In this document: positions 21,866 to 31,911 of the stretch, piece after piece
Layout: each line of letters opens with the position of its first letter
How positions within the stretch are numbered: the first letter of the stretch is position 1
Assembly (NCBI GenBank): GCA_965227835.1
Contig: OZ245768.1
Span: 660,001 to 692,000, forward strand
Direction: 5' to 3'
Origin: Candidatus Saccharimonadota bacterium
Lineage (GTDB): Bacteria; Patescibacteriota; Gracilibacteria; BD1-5; UBA6164
Length of the DNA stretch: 32,000 nucleotides
Position numbers and translations under genes: made by a program
The notes under the pieces: generated by a model
Told to the model about the DNA's origin: nothing
Database searches by the model: none
Seen by the model: only the letters and a program-made list of their open reading frames with translations

Positions 21866-23203
21866 TTATCTACAATTTTTACTTAAATTTTCAAGGTTTA
21901 TAATTTTATCTCATACACACCTCAAAGATGAGAAAAGACTACCAGCTTTTTGTAAATAAGAAACCTGATCGTCAAGTATTTTTTTTATTTCATAATCATA
22001 ATCTTCTCTTACTATTTTATTAAAAGATGAATAAATAGCCTCACTATTATAAAAATTACTTATTTTTATGTAAAAATCATCGTTTATATTCGTATCCTTC
22101 AAATCTGCATAAACAGAAATTCTAGCAGGAATATAATATTTAAATGCAGTTATGTATGCTTTTTGTCATTCTTCAGAAAATAAATATTTTAAAAAGTCAT
22201 AAGCTAACTCTTTATTGTTAGAATACTTACTCATAACAAAATAGTTATAATTAACCAGCTTTTCACTATCATTTATGAAATCTGGAAAGCTAGTAACTCT
22301 CAAAAAATTTCTTGAAAATCAAGCTTCAGCAATTCTATTTAGCATCCTTGGATAGGCAAAAATCATTGCGATTTTTCAATCTATAAAATAATCTAGATTT
22401 GTTCTATTACTCTTAATTAATATTTCATGATCATCTATATATTTATTATCTTCAGACGAGTAAGCAAAATATTCTGAAAAAGCTGAATTTATTTCAGAAC
22501 CTCATACACTAGATATTCATTTAGCTCAAGAAGACATTATAAATTGAGTTATTATATCTTGAGAATCTTCAACACTGGTTCACATTCAAATACCAAGAGC
22601 TGTGTATCATGGTCTGTTTTCTGAAAAATCTTCAATAACTTCTTGTATTTTGGGAAAACTTCAAAGCTTTTTTACATCATTTACCCTCTTAAAATTATAA
22701 TACAATCACAAAGTCTCATATCAAAAAGGAACACCTAGTAAAAATTCTATTTTTTCTCATTCCTCTTCACTATTTGTTATTAAATCATCTCAAAAAAAAG
22801 GCTTAAAATAAGATCTAAGTTCATCTGGAGATATTATCAAAGGATCTATTCAAGCTGCATTTTCCAAAAATATAGATTTTTCATTATTATTTAGCATATA
22901 CAAATCTGGACTTTGTTCTTTTATTATAGCAGATGATAAAGCTTTATTGTACTCTTTGTAATTTGAAAAACTCTCTACAGTTATATTCAAGTTTTTAATC
23001 CCTGAATATTTTTTAAATTCTTCCAAAAAAATTGAAAAATCATCTTTAGAATCATCCAATATCCATATACTTAAATCTTTATCTATTTTAGAATTACCAC
23101 TACTCTTATTACCAGTATTCATACTAGCTATTATGGCTACTATAAGTAATATAAATACTATAACTCAAAGAGCTACTAAGAAGATAATTTTCTTTTTATT
23201 CAT
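21866..23203 (-). CDS. extracellular solute-binding protein (ABC-type, family-1-like) with an N-terminal membrane anchor, 445 aa
   Basis: MNKKKIIFLVALGVIVFILLIVAIIA.. then LSIWILDDSKDDFSIFLEEFKKYSGIKNLNITVESFSNYKEYNKALSSAIIKEQSPDLYML. Joins track ORFs 21911..22102 and 22850..23122 (same frame). Confidence 0.55.
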
Positions 23204-23275
23204 TATTTTAATCTTATTTGTAAATATAAATTTTTAATTCTCTCATTTTTTAAGTTTTGTTTTCCAAATTTAATA

Positions 23276-23593
23276 TTATATATCAGATGTTAAGTGCATA
23301 TGTATATGCATAATCTCTTGTCATCATTTTTCTCAAACATTGAATTTAAGATTGTATCAATCAGAAACTCCAAAATCTAATGCTAATTTTTGAGCCACAA
23401 AAAACATATTTGCCAAAAGTGAACTATCATCTTTTTTTAAGTCATTTATAGTAGGGATTTCTTTTTTTGGAATTATAAGCAAATGAGTTTTTGCAACAGG
23501 TTTTATATCTTTTATTGATATAATTTCTTCATCCTCATAAACTATTTCGGAAGGAATTTCCCTTTTTATTATTTTTGTGAATATTGAACTCAT
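23276..23593 (-). CDS. HIT-family (HinT-like) nucleotide hydrolase, 105 aa
   Basis: Track ORF 23357..23593 continues through TGA: ..GVSDGYNLKFNVGEKGGQEIMHIHMHLTSDI (histidine triad HxHxHx). Confidence 0.85.
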
Positions 23594-23603
23594 TTTTTAT
23601 TTA

Positions 23604-23900
23604 TTAATAATAATCATCTCAAATATCTTTCTTTATTATTGTCCTTTTTTCTCTGTCACTAGAATCTTTTACACTTTTATCTTCAAGTGTATATATATTA
23701 TTTCAGCTACTACTAAGAAAAATAAATATATATCCCAAAATTGTGAGAGTTATCATAACTAAATTTGCTACATTTGTTATTTTTATGATTTTTGGTTGAT
23801 ATGATTTGAATGTTAAAGAATGAATTTTAGATATAATAAAAAAACACCAAATTATAATCATTGATAGTGTGTAAATTCAAAGATAAATCAAAAAATCCAT
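23604..23900 (-). CDS. small membrane protein, 98 aa
   Basis: MDFLIYLGIYTLSMIIIWCFFIISKIH..ITNVANLVMITLTILGYIFIFLSSSG... TAA 23604-23606 lies 10 nt upstream of the HIT gene ATG. Confidence 0.4.
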
Positions 23901-23962
23901 AACTTAATATAGTTTAAAATTTATATTTTTTAGCTATTTTGATTATATTAGTTATTTTTTTT

Positions 23963-23991
23963 TTGCAAATTTTTGAATTGTCTGTTATACT
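23963..23991 (+). promoter_or_regulatory. sigma70-type promoter TTGCAA-17 nt-TATACT
   Basis: TTGCAA 23963-23968 and TATACT 23986-23991, upstream of ATG 24098. Confidence 0.5.
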
Positions 23992-24097
23992 TATATTGGT
24001 TAAAGAATTTTTACATAATTAAAAGCAATTATTTACCTTATAAATAATCAAAAATTAATTCTAAAAAATCTTATTATATAATTTTAATTATAAAACT

Positions 24098-24472
24098 ATG
24101 GCTGAATTAAAACAAAATTGAAAAACTTTTACTATATCTGATGAAATGCTTGCTAAGTATGATGAACTCATAAAGATGATTCTTGCTACTGAATCTATGG
24201 ATGATGATGAGAGACAGTATTGGTTTGATATTATGCCATCTATGACAGATGTGCAAATAGATAGACTTTATAATATACTTGATACTGAAAGAAAGAAACT
24301 TCAGGAACTTGAGTTAAAGTATCAAGAAGAAATAAAACAACTTAATGAAAAGCATCTTATTGAATGGCAAGAATTTCAAATGAAAGATTCTAAAAAGAAA
24401 ATTGCCAAAGCTGAATCAGAAGATAAGAAAAATGATGCCCAAGATGTTTTGAGTATGCTTGATGATTTATAG
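24098..24472 (+). CDS. hypothetical acidic coiled-coil protein, 124 aa
   Basis: The track ORF 24146.. extends to ATG 24098 through one TGA: MAELKQNGKTFTISDEMLAKYDELIKMILATESMDDDERQYWFDIMPSMTDVQIDRLYNIL.. Followed by a terminator. Confidence 0.6.
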
Positions 24473-24487
24473 AATTAACTAAATTTT

Positions 24488-24525
24488 AAAACCAAGGAAG
24501 CCCTAGGGCTTCCTTGGTTTTTTTG
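24488..24525 (+). terminator. intrinsic terminator
   Basis: AAACCAAGGAAGCCC-TAG-GGCTTCCTTGGTTT plus a T-run. Confidence 0.8.
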
Positions 24526-24702
24526 TTGCTTAAATTATAAAATTAAAAATCAAATATTTTTTATAAAAGCCCCCTAATTTTTTCATTAGGATAAAACTAA
24601 ATATTTATTTCATAAAAACTTGATCTTTTTTAATTCTAATATTTTACTTTTTTAAAGATTTATTGTAAAATTATTGTGATATAAAAATTTAAACTTACAA
24701 TT

Positions 24703-25686
24703 ATGTCCAATTTTGAAAATAATAATAACTATCAAGAAAATTATAATGTTAGAACTGAATCTTATAGAATTTTTCCAGATTCATATCCTTGAAAAAGTGA
24801 CTATGAAAGTAGTTTTAATGAAATAACCTGAAAATATAGAGTTATAAGTGAAACAAGATGAGAAATAGGGGATTTAAAAAGTGAGATAGGAGAAACCTTT
24901 GTAAGAAGTGAACCTGACAGAGGTTTTGATTTTCAAATCAGAACACCAAATGATAACATAACCCCTAGTCTAGATTGAAAAGATGATTGATACACCGCAT
25001 GAATTTGAACTGAGATAGAGTATTGAGGTTATTACTGATGAATTAATATGGATATTTATACTAGAAATCCTACATATACTGATAGAGATACTTGAGAATC
25101 TTTCAAATATGATTATGACGGAGAATCAAGTAGGGTGGATATTTTAAATTTTTATGCTTGAAGAGTTTTTAATCTATACGAAGATAGTAAAACACAGTTT
25201 GACTTAAAAATTTGATGATGAATTGAAGCTGAATGAAATTTCTGATGACAAGACAAAATACAAAATCCGTGGCATGAAATTTCTCAAACTTCTGACTTTG
25301 ATGTTACAGCTGATTATGATGAATGAAGAATTTGAGTATATAGTGAAACTAATTTACAAGCATTAATGTCTATTTCTGAAAATTTTTATGTATGAGCAGA
25401 TGCTTATGCCAAACTATGAACATTGTCTAGTTCGTTTGATGCAAAATCATTTTCATGAATAAGTTTTTGAGGTTTAAACATAGAAGCGGCAGTATGATAT
25501 AGTAATCTTGATACTGATTCTGACACTATAAATTATGGTGCTAACAAAGGATTATATAATGAGTTTGAGGTTTCTTATGAATTTGAAAATTGATTGAAAC
25601 CATATGTCTGATTTAAATGATATACTCAGGATCAAGATGCTCCAAATGATTGATATTGAACTGTTTGAGTTAGTTATAGCTTTTAA
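24703..25686 (+). CDS. Gly/aromatic-rich protein with beta-barrel-like sequence character and a C-terminal Phe, 327 aa
   Basis: ATG 24703 (in-frame TAA at 24682 upstream) to TAA 25684-25686, with about 30 in-frame TGA. The C-terminus reads ..LKPYVGFKGYTQDQDAPNDGYGTVGVSYSF. No N-terminal signal peptide (MSNFENNNNYQENYNV..). The standard-code track shows no ORF here. Confidence 0.55.
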
Positions 25687-25695
25687 TTATAACAA

Positions 25696-27162
25696 CTATT
25701 CTAAATAAGCCAAAATTGTCTCTTCTGGTAGAGAACTTAATTTTTCTCACCATTTACCTAGTATCCCACCTATTCTTTCACTTTGATTAATATCAACCTT
25801 AGTATGATGATAATCTTCATATATTTTACGCATTCCATCATATTCTCAGCTAAATAATATATTCTTTAAATGTTCCCCTGTTCAACTTCTGTAAAAAATA
25901 TCTGCCATAAACATTATAGTTTGATTTTCTGCATTCATATCTAAAAGATCATATTCTATATTATTATATGCTTTTTCAAGCCATTCTGGTGTTAATTCGT
26001 GATTAAAAGACATAATTGGAGGATATTTCTCTCATGTAAAATACATATATGTTCTTCTTAAAGCAACTTCTACAGAATTAAAATCTCCAGCTTCTCTTTC
26101 TCATGGTTTATTTTTTGTTTTGTATTGAAAATATCATTCCACATAGTATTCTTTTCATAAACCATCATTTCTTACGTTTTTTCAGTTTGATTCAACCTCT
26201 GTAATAAAAGCAATAAACATTGTTAAATTGTTTATTACTTTTTCTCTTTCATCTTGTTCTAATTTATTTATATCCATTTTTAATCTTTTCCTTATTAGAT
26301 CTATTCAAACTTCTAAAGCATTTTTACTCAATCAATATTTTTCTAAAAATTCGTTATAACTAAATCATTCTTCTGACTCTTTTCTTTCCAAAATATTATT
26401 ATTTGTTATTCTTCTTTCAACTTCTATTGTTTTTACATTATTATTTCAATCAGAATTTATTTCTCTTTTAATAGCATTAAATCATATTTTGAAATCAAAG
26501 CTCTCTCATATTTTCTCACTCATTCTTTTTTCTGTTTGTCCTAGAACCATAGTAATATCTTCTTCAAATAATGGTATTATTTTGCTTTTTCCTTCTATTA
26601 AAAAAGAATGCATTTTGTGAAGCCCTTTTATTCAATATTTCTGCTCATAAAAACTAATATATTCAATTGTAAATATATCTAAGAATTCATTATAGTATTT
26701 TAGCTCTAAAATACTATTTAATGCTATTATATTTGATTCTATATAACTTCTATATGATTGTTCTAATTCGGGATTTATTCTTTTTTCCTGTTTTTCTAAT
26801 TCTCGTATTATCGCTGACTCTTCATCAATTGATAAAAATTGATATTGGTAATCTGAAAAAAGTTTATCTAAATGTTTTTGTCATTTTTTGGAAATTTTAT
26901 GTCTGTTTTCTTCAAATTCATCTTTTAGTTTTTTTAATTTAATATGATAATCTATTTGACGAATTAAAGTGTATATTTCACTATCTTCTAAATAATCCTC
27001 TCTATACTCTGATAATTTACTGCTTAGATTATTAAAAGAACCTTCTAGTATTTGATTTTGCCCTTTCAAATTTTCTATTTCTTGTTTTATTTCATCACCT
27101 ATATTTTCCTGTTCTGTTTCATTACCTATATTTTCCTGTTCTGTAATACCCAAAATATCCAT
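25696..27162 (-). CDS. hypothetical protein, 488 aa (N-terminal acidic repeat plus coiled coil)
   Basis: Track ORF 26881..27162 continues through TGA codons to TAG 25696-25698. No recognisable catalytic motif. Confidence 0.55.
27097..27144 (-). repeat. exact 21-nt direct repeat x2 with 27-nt period, coding (TEQENIGN/DE)
   Basis: ACCTATATTTTCCTGTTCTGT at 27097-27117 and 27124-27144 (plus-strand reading). Confidence 0.8.
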
Positions 27163-27218
27163 TTTATAACAATATTTACATATTAAAACTATATTTTATC
27201 ACAGTTTTAATATATTTG

Positions 27219-27947
27219 CTAAATTTTAAACGAGTTTTTTTTATTTATCAAGTAAAATGAGCTTAAAAGAGGACTAAGCTCGGTTCTTAATATATTTTTT
27301 CATAAAAATACCTTTTCAAATCAATTTTTCGTGAAAGAATCTATTTCCTCATCTGAAAATCATCATTCTGGTCATGTAAACAAATTAACAGTTTTGTTTT
27401 TATCAGAACAAATAAAATCTATGTTTTTAGAATTTTTTTCATCTGTATGAAAAAAAACATTTGTTCATTCTAAATTTGAGAAATTTATCTTCTCTCATAC
27501 TACAAGGTTCGGTATGGTATTTCTACCACATTGTTCACAAGACTCAATTATTATTTTCTTAAATCTTTCCTGTTTCTTATCACTTATATTAATTCTTTGA
27601 CTTCTTTGTGCCTTAAAAAAAAGGAAATTACTTATTCAAATTTGAGTACCATTTTTTATTATAAATTCTATTTTATCTAGTTTGTTTGGCAAAGCTTGAA
27701 ATAAATTTAGTTCAAAATCTATTTCTGTATTCTTTTCTTTCCTAGAAACTTGTTCTAGAATAACCTCTATTTTAGATATTTCTTTTATTTCAAATATGTA
27801 GTCATATAAGTCTTTTCAATCAAAAAAAATGACTTTATCTCAAACAGTCATTCTCAAAACTTTCAATATTTGTTTTATTATTTCTTTATCCCTTATAACT
27901 AGGGTATAATTACTAGTATTCAAGTCTTTTATAAAAAATCTTTGCAT
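27219..27947 (-). CDS. rsmE: 16S rRNA (uracil1498-N3)-methyltransferase RsmE, 242 aa
   Basis: MQRFFIKD..VLRMTVGDKVIFFDGKD..LFQALPNKLDKIEFIIKNGTQIGISNFLFF..ERFKKIIIESCEQCGRNTIP..LFTGPEGGFSDEEI..FLGKNILRTE. The GPEGG glycines are TGA at 27372-74, 27363-65 and 27360-62. Confidence 0.85.
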
Positions 27948-27969
27948 AGATAAATAATTTTTTAGTAAA

Positions 27970-28209
27970 TTATTTTTTATTTAAAATTTCTGAAGCTTTT
28001 TTTGATGTATTTCAAGTTAAATTTGATTTATCTCCATTATATTTTTCTCTTTTTAAGCTTTCAATAAAAGAATCTAAAGGATCTATTCAAACCATAATTT
28101 TAGCACCTGCTATTAAAGATAAAATTGAAATTTGATGCTCTTCTGGTAATCCAGAAATTTCTTCTAAATTTGAATCATAGTTTCAAATTTCTTTGTTATC
28201 ATATGTCAT
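27970..28209 (-). CDS. hypothetical small protein, 79 aa
   Basis: ATG 28209 to TAA 27970-27972, with 3 in-frame TGA. It lies 22 nt upstream of rsmE. Confidence 0.35.
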
Positions 28210-28374
28210 TTCTTAGTATATTAAAATTATAATTTTTTAAATTACTTAATAGAAAAATTTATTCTTTCTCCTTAATAAATTTAAATGCTTGTTTATTTTA
28301 AAATTTTAGCAATAATAATTTTTTAAACAAGAAATTTGATTATATTTATATTTTACTTTAATCAAGAAAAAATT

Positions 28375-29439
28375 TTATTTTTCCAATTTTCTCTTCATAT
28401 AAGATATGTATTCTGCCATTTCTCTTGTTTCTTCTATGGAACTACAGGGATCTGTAATAGATTTTCATTTTATTAAATTTTCTTTATCATAGTCTTGTCT
28501 TCATCTATACAAATAACTTTCTGTCATAAAACCTTTAAACATTGATAATATCCCCTTGTTTGATTTCTCTAAACTCTGTAAGTTTTTTATTGTTTCCATC
28601 ATTATATTTAGCTGTCTAGATGGATCTTTTCAAGAATTATCATGATTAGTATCAATTATAAATCAAGGATTTTTTATTTTCATTGATTTTATTTTTTCAA
28701 ATATTTTTTTTAATGATTTTTTATCATAGTTTATTTTTATATTTCATTCAAAATTACTACCTCTTAATATTCAATGAGAAAAATTATTCCCTCTACTAAA
28801 GTATATATCTTCTCATATGGTATAAAAACTTTCAGTTTGTCAGGATTTTATTGAATTTATCATGACTGATAAGTCTCAAGATGTCGGATTTTTAAAACCT
28901 ATGGGCATATCAAGACCAGAAGCTATTTCTCTATGAGATTGATTTTCACTACTCCTAGCTCATATTGCTATATATGAATATATATCATCAAATGATTTAA
29001 TAAGTTGTGGGTGTAACATTTCATCTGCAATAGGCATTCAGAAATTTTCTATTATTTTTACAGCCATTTTTCTAGATTCGATAAGACATTTTCATATATC
29101 AGGTTCCTCTCAAGGTTTTGAATTCTGAACTCATTTCCAACCTCAAACTGTTCTTGGTTTTCCAGTATAAAACCTCATTACTATTTCTATTTCATTTTTA
29201 TGTTTATCTCTTATTTTTGATAATTCTTCTCAATATTTTAATATTGATTCTTCAAAATCTACACTGCAAGGTCAAACTATCCATATTTTTCTATCAGATT
29301 TTCAGCTTATTATATCTTTTAAGTTTTCTATGGATTGAGCAACAACTAGTCTTCATTTTGAAGATAAGGGAGAGCTTTCTTTTATTTGTGTATGAGTTGG
29401 TTTTTTTCAAATATGTATACAATTAGATGAGTTTTCCAT
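28375..29439 (-). CDS. aroG: 3-deoxy-7-phosphoheptulonate (DAHP) synthase, class I (AroG/F/H type), 354 aa
   Basis: ..[116 protein letters not shown]. The isoenzyme type cannot be decided from sequence. Confidence 0.9.
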
Positions 29440-29463
29440 AAATTTATAGTTTATATATAAAAT

Positions 29464-29498
29464 AAAAAAAGAGCCTTTGTAAGTTTCTTGAAAGGCTC
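29464..29498 (-). terminator. intrinsic terminator acting as the terminator arm of a putative aroG attenuator
   Basis: Minus-strand RNA GAGCCUUU(C)AAG-AAA-CUU(AC)AAAGGCUC plus U7. The U-run ends 25 nt before the aroG ATG. On the plus strand the same hairpin is also followed by a T-run. Confidence 0.75.
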
Positions 29499-29519
29499 TT
29501 TTTTGTTTCTAAAATTATT

Positions 29520-29591
29520 TTATGACCAAAAAACTTCTTTCAAGCACGAAAGTTTAAAAAAGAAGTAAAAATATATATTTTTAATAATCAT
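29520..29591 (-). CDS. putative aromatic-amino-acid leader peptide, 23 aa: MIIKNIYFYFFFKLSCLKEVFWS
   Basis: ATG 29591-29589, TAA 29522-29520. Codons 7-12 are UAU UUU UAC UUC UUU UUU. It sits between a TTGACA promoter and the terminator just upstream of aroG. Confidence 0.55.
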   Translation of the reverse strand: MIIKNIYFYFFFKLSCLKEVFWS

Positions 29592-29618
29592 AACTTTATT
29601 TTATTAATTGTGTCCCAA

Positions 29619-29646
29619 AGATTAATTTGATTTAGTTGTATGTCAA
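29619..29646 (-). promoter_or_regulatory. candidate promoter TTGACA-16 nt-TAATCT for the leader-aroG transcript
   Basis: Minus-strand TTGACA at 29646-29641 and TAATCT at 29624-29619, 27 nt upstream of the leader ATG. Confidence 0.4.
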
Positions 29647-29714
29647 ATTTTTTTGGCTTTATTTTATTATCTGTACCAATAGATAGGTATCAGTATTTTT
29701 TAAATTCACTATTT

Positions 29715-31706
29715 TTAGCTTTTATTTAAGTAATCTCATGCAAATTTATTTGTAAGTTCTATGAACTCACTAGGGTTTTCTATTTCACCTCATTCAAGAA
29801 GTATTGCTCAAGCATATGAATAATTTATTATATCTTTAAGTTTTTCTGATTTAACATCTTTTTCAAATTCAGATTTCATAGAATCAAGTAAAGGATTTTT
29901 AGGATTTAATTCTAAAATTCTTTTTTGAACTGGTACATCTTGCCCCATAGCTTTCATCATTTTTTCCATTTGAGGGTCTATTCAAGATTTTGATTTTCTA
30001 AGTGCGGCTAAAGCATTTCATAGTTTATCGTTTAATACCACATCTTCTATTTTTTCTTTTGGAAGACTAGATTTTATAAAATCAAACAAAGCTTTTAAAT
30101 CCTTAGATTTTTCTTCTTCTTGTTTTTTTTGTTTTTCAGTTTTTTGTTCTAATTCTATATCATCACTAGTTATAGAAATCAGTTTAGCTTCTTTATAATC
30201 AGTAAAACTTTGCATTAAAAATGAATCTATAGGATCAGTTAGGATTAAAACATCTATATTTTTTTCTCTAAATTGATTTAGGTAAGGACTAGACAGGGCT
30301 TCTGAGTGAGATTTAGATATTATATAGTAAATCTTCTTTGATGCTTTTTTGTTTTCTTCCTCATTTTCATTTTTATTATCATCTTTTTTAATTTCTTCTT
30401 TTGAGTTACTTTTTGTATCCTCTGGAGCTTTCTCTAAATATTCATCAAGTGTTATTAGTGATGTATTATTCATTGATTTAAACATAGATATTTCTGCTAT
30501 ATCTTGTTTTAGGTCATATTCATAATGTATTCATTCTTTTATAGTTTTTCAATAATTTTCCCAGAATTTTATATAATCTTCTCTTTTATTTTTCAAAGTT
30601 TTTCAAAGTTCTGTTATAACTTTTTTTGTTAATCATTTTTTTATTTTATCCAGTGAGCTATTTGATTGAAGCATTTCTCTGCTTATGTTCAAAGGTAAAT
30701 CTGAGGTTTCAACTACTCAAGAAATGAATCTAAGCCAAACAGGCATTAGCTCTTTTGCATTTTCTAAAATCAATACATTTTGTACATATAATCTTGGTCC
30801 ATAATCAACATTTGGATCATTTAAGTTTTTATACATACTCACTTCTTTTGGAGAAAAAAGTATTGATTTATAAGATACCATTCATTCTACATTATTATGA
30901 ATATGAAAAAGAGGATTATTCCAATCACTTGAAACTGTTTTATAAAACTCTTCATATTGCTCTTTTTTGATTTCAGATTTAGATTTTTTCCATATGGCTT
31001 TTGTTTCGTTTACTTGCTCAAAAGGCATTTCTTTTTTTTCTTTTTTCTTTTCTTCATCAGTTCTAGAATCATACTGCTTCATCATTATAGGAGTTGAAAT
31101 ATAGTTTGAATATTTTTTTACTAGTTCTTTTAATTTCCAATCTTCTAAATATTCTTTTTCCTCTTTTTTAATATATAAAGTAACTCTAGTTCACCTTGGT
31201 GCACTTTTGATATCCATTTCTTCTATAATATAGCTATCCTTTCAATCAGAAGACCATTTATAAGCTTTTTTATCTTCAGGACTTTTAGTAAATACCTCAA
31301 CTTTATCTGCAACCATAAAACTTGAATAAAATCAAACCCCAAATTGACCAATTAAACTATTTTCTCAAGATTCTTTTGCTTTTTTTAATTTCTCTAAAAA
31401 TTCTTTTGTTCCAGATTTTGCTATTGTTCAAAGATTTTTTTGTAATTCATTGTTTGTCATTCAAATACCGTTATCACTTACAGAAATGCTTTTATTTTTT
31501 TCATCTATTTCAATCATTATTTTAAACTCACTATCTTTTCATAAATAGTTTGTATCTGTTAGAGATTTTATCCTAGCTTTGTCTATTGCATCATTTGAGT
31601 TGGATATAAGTTCTCTTAAAAATATTTCTTTGTTTGAATATATACTGTGAGTTAAGAGTTCTAAAACTTTTCAGGTTTCAGCTTCAAAATTGTGTTTGTT
31701 GCTCAT
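29715..31706 (-). CDS. htpG: molecular chaperone HtpG (Hsp90), 663 aa
   Basis: [92 protein letters not shown].. Joins track ORFs 30018..30485 and 30882..31085 (same frame). The TGA at 31332-31334 is the Gly of GVGFYS. Confidence 0.95.
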
Positions 31707-31747
31707 TTTTTATTTAAAATTTAGGATATAAAATAAATTTTTTACCA

Positions 31748-31786
31748 AATATACTGGCACATAAATTATTTAAGTGCCAGTATATT
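31748..31786. promoter_or_regulatory. perfect 13-nt inverted repeat with a 13-nt spacer, 42-80 nt upstream of the htpG ATG; candidate operator
   Basis: AATATACTGGCAC-ATAAATTATTTAA-GTGCCAGTATATT, read directly. Unlike CIRCE (TTAGCACTC-N9-GAGTGCTAA). Confidence 0.4.
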
Positions 31787-31827
31787 ATTACTTTTTATTG
31801 TTTAGTCAAGAAAAAAGCTAAAATTAT

Positions 31828-31861
31828 AAAACAGGTTCATACATCAAGTATGAACCTGTTT
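31828..31861 (-). terminator. intrinsic terminator of the upstream minus-strand gene
   Basis: AAACAGGTTCATAC-(5 nt)-GTATGAACCTGTTT, followed on the minus strand by TTTTATAATTTT. Confidence 0.6.
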
Positions 31862-31895
31862 AGTAAAACTATTAAGTAGTTTTACTAATTTTTTT
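31861..31895 (+). other. second AT-rich hairpin (TAGTAAAACTA-TTAAG-TAGTTTTACTA) followed by a T-run on the plus strand
   Basis: Read directly. It may make the terminator region bidirectional. The stem is weak (AT-rich). Confidence 0.35.
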
Positions 31896-31911
31896 CTCTC
31901 CTTTTTCTCTT

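Noticed and set aside
27615-27622. Apparent frameshift in rsmE at the A8 (T8 on the coding strand) homopolymer.
   Set aside because: On recounting, the run is exactly 8 nt and the frame continues (..NFLFFKAQRSQR..) into the conserved GPEGGFS motif. The gene is intact.
29118-29426. Track ORF (102 aa, +).
   Set aside because: It is antisense to the DAHP synthase gene, and its hydrophobic low-complexity translation is typical of a shadow ORF.
29464-29505. The hairpin is simply the htpG terminator.
   Set aside because: This is not excluded as a second role. However, the hairpin lies 210 nt past the htpG stop and only 25 nt before the aroG ATG. It is also preceded by a TTGACA promoter, an aromatic-run mini-ORF and competing complementary segments, which a plain terminator does not explain.
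31751-31786. TGGCAC within the htpG-upstream palindrome as a sigma-54 (-24/-12) promoter.
   Set aside because: On neither strand is there a TTGC element at the required 5-nt spacing after TGGCAC.
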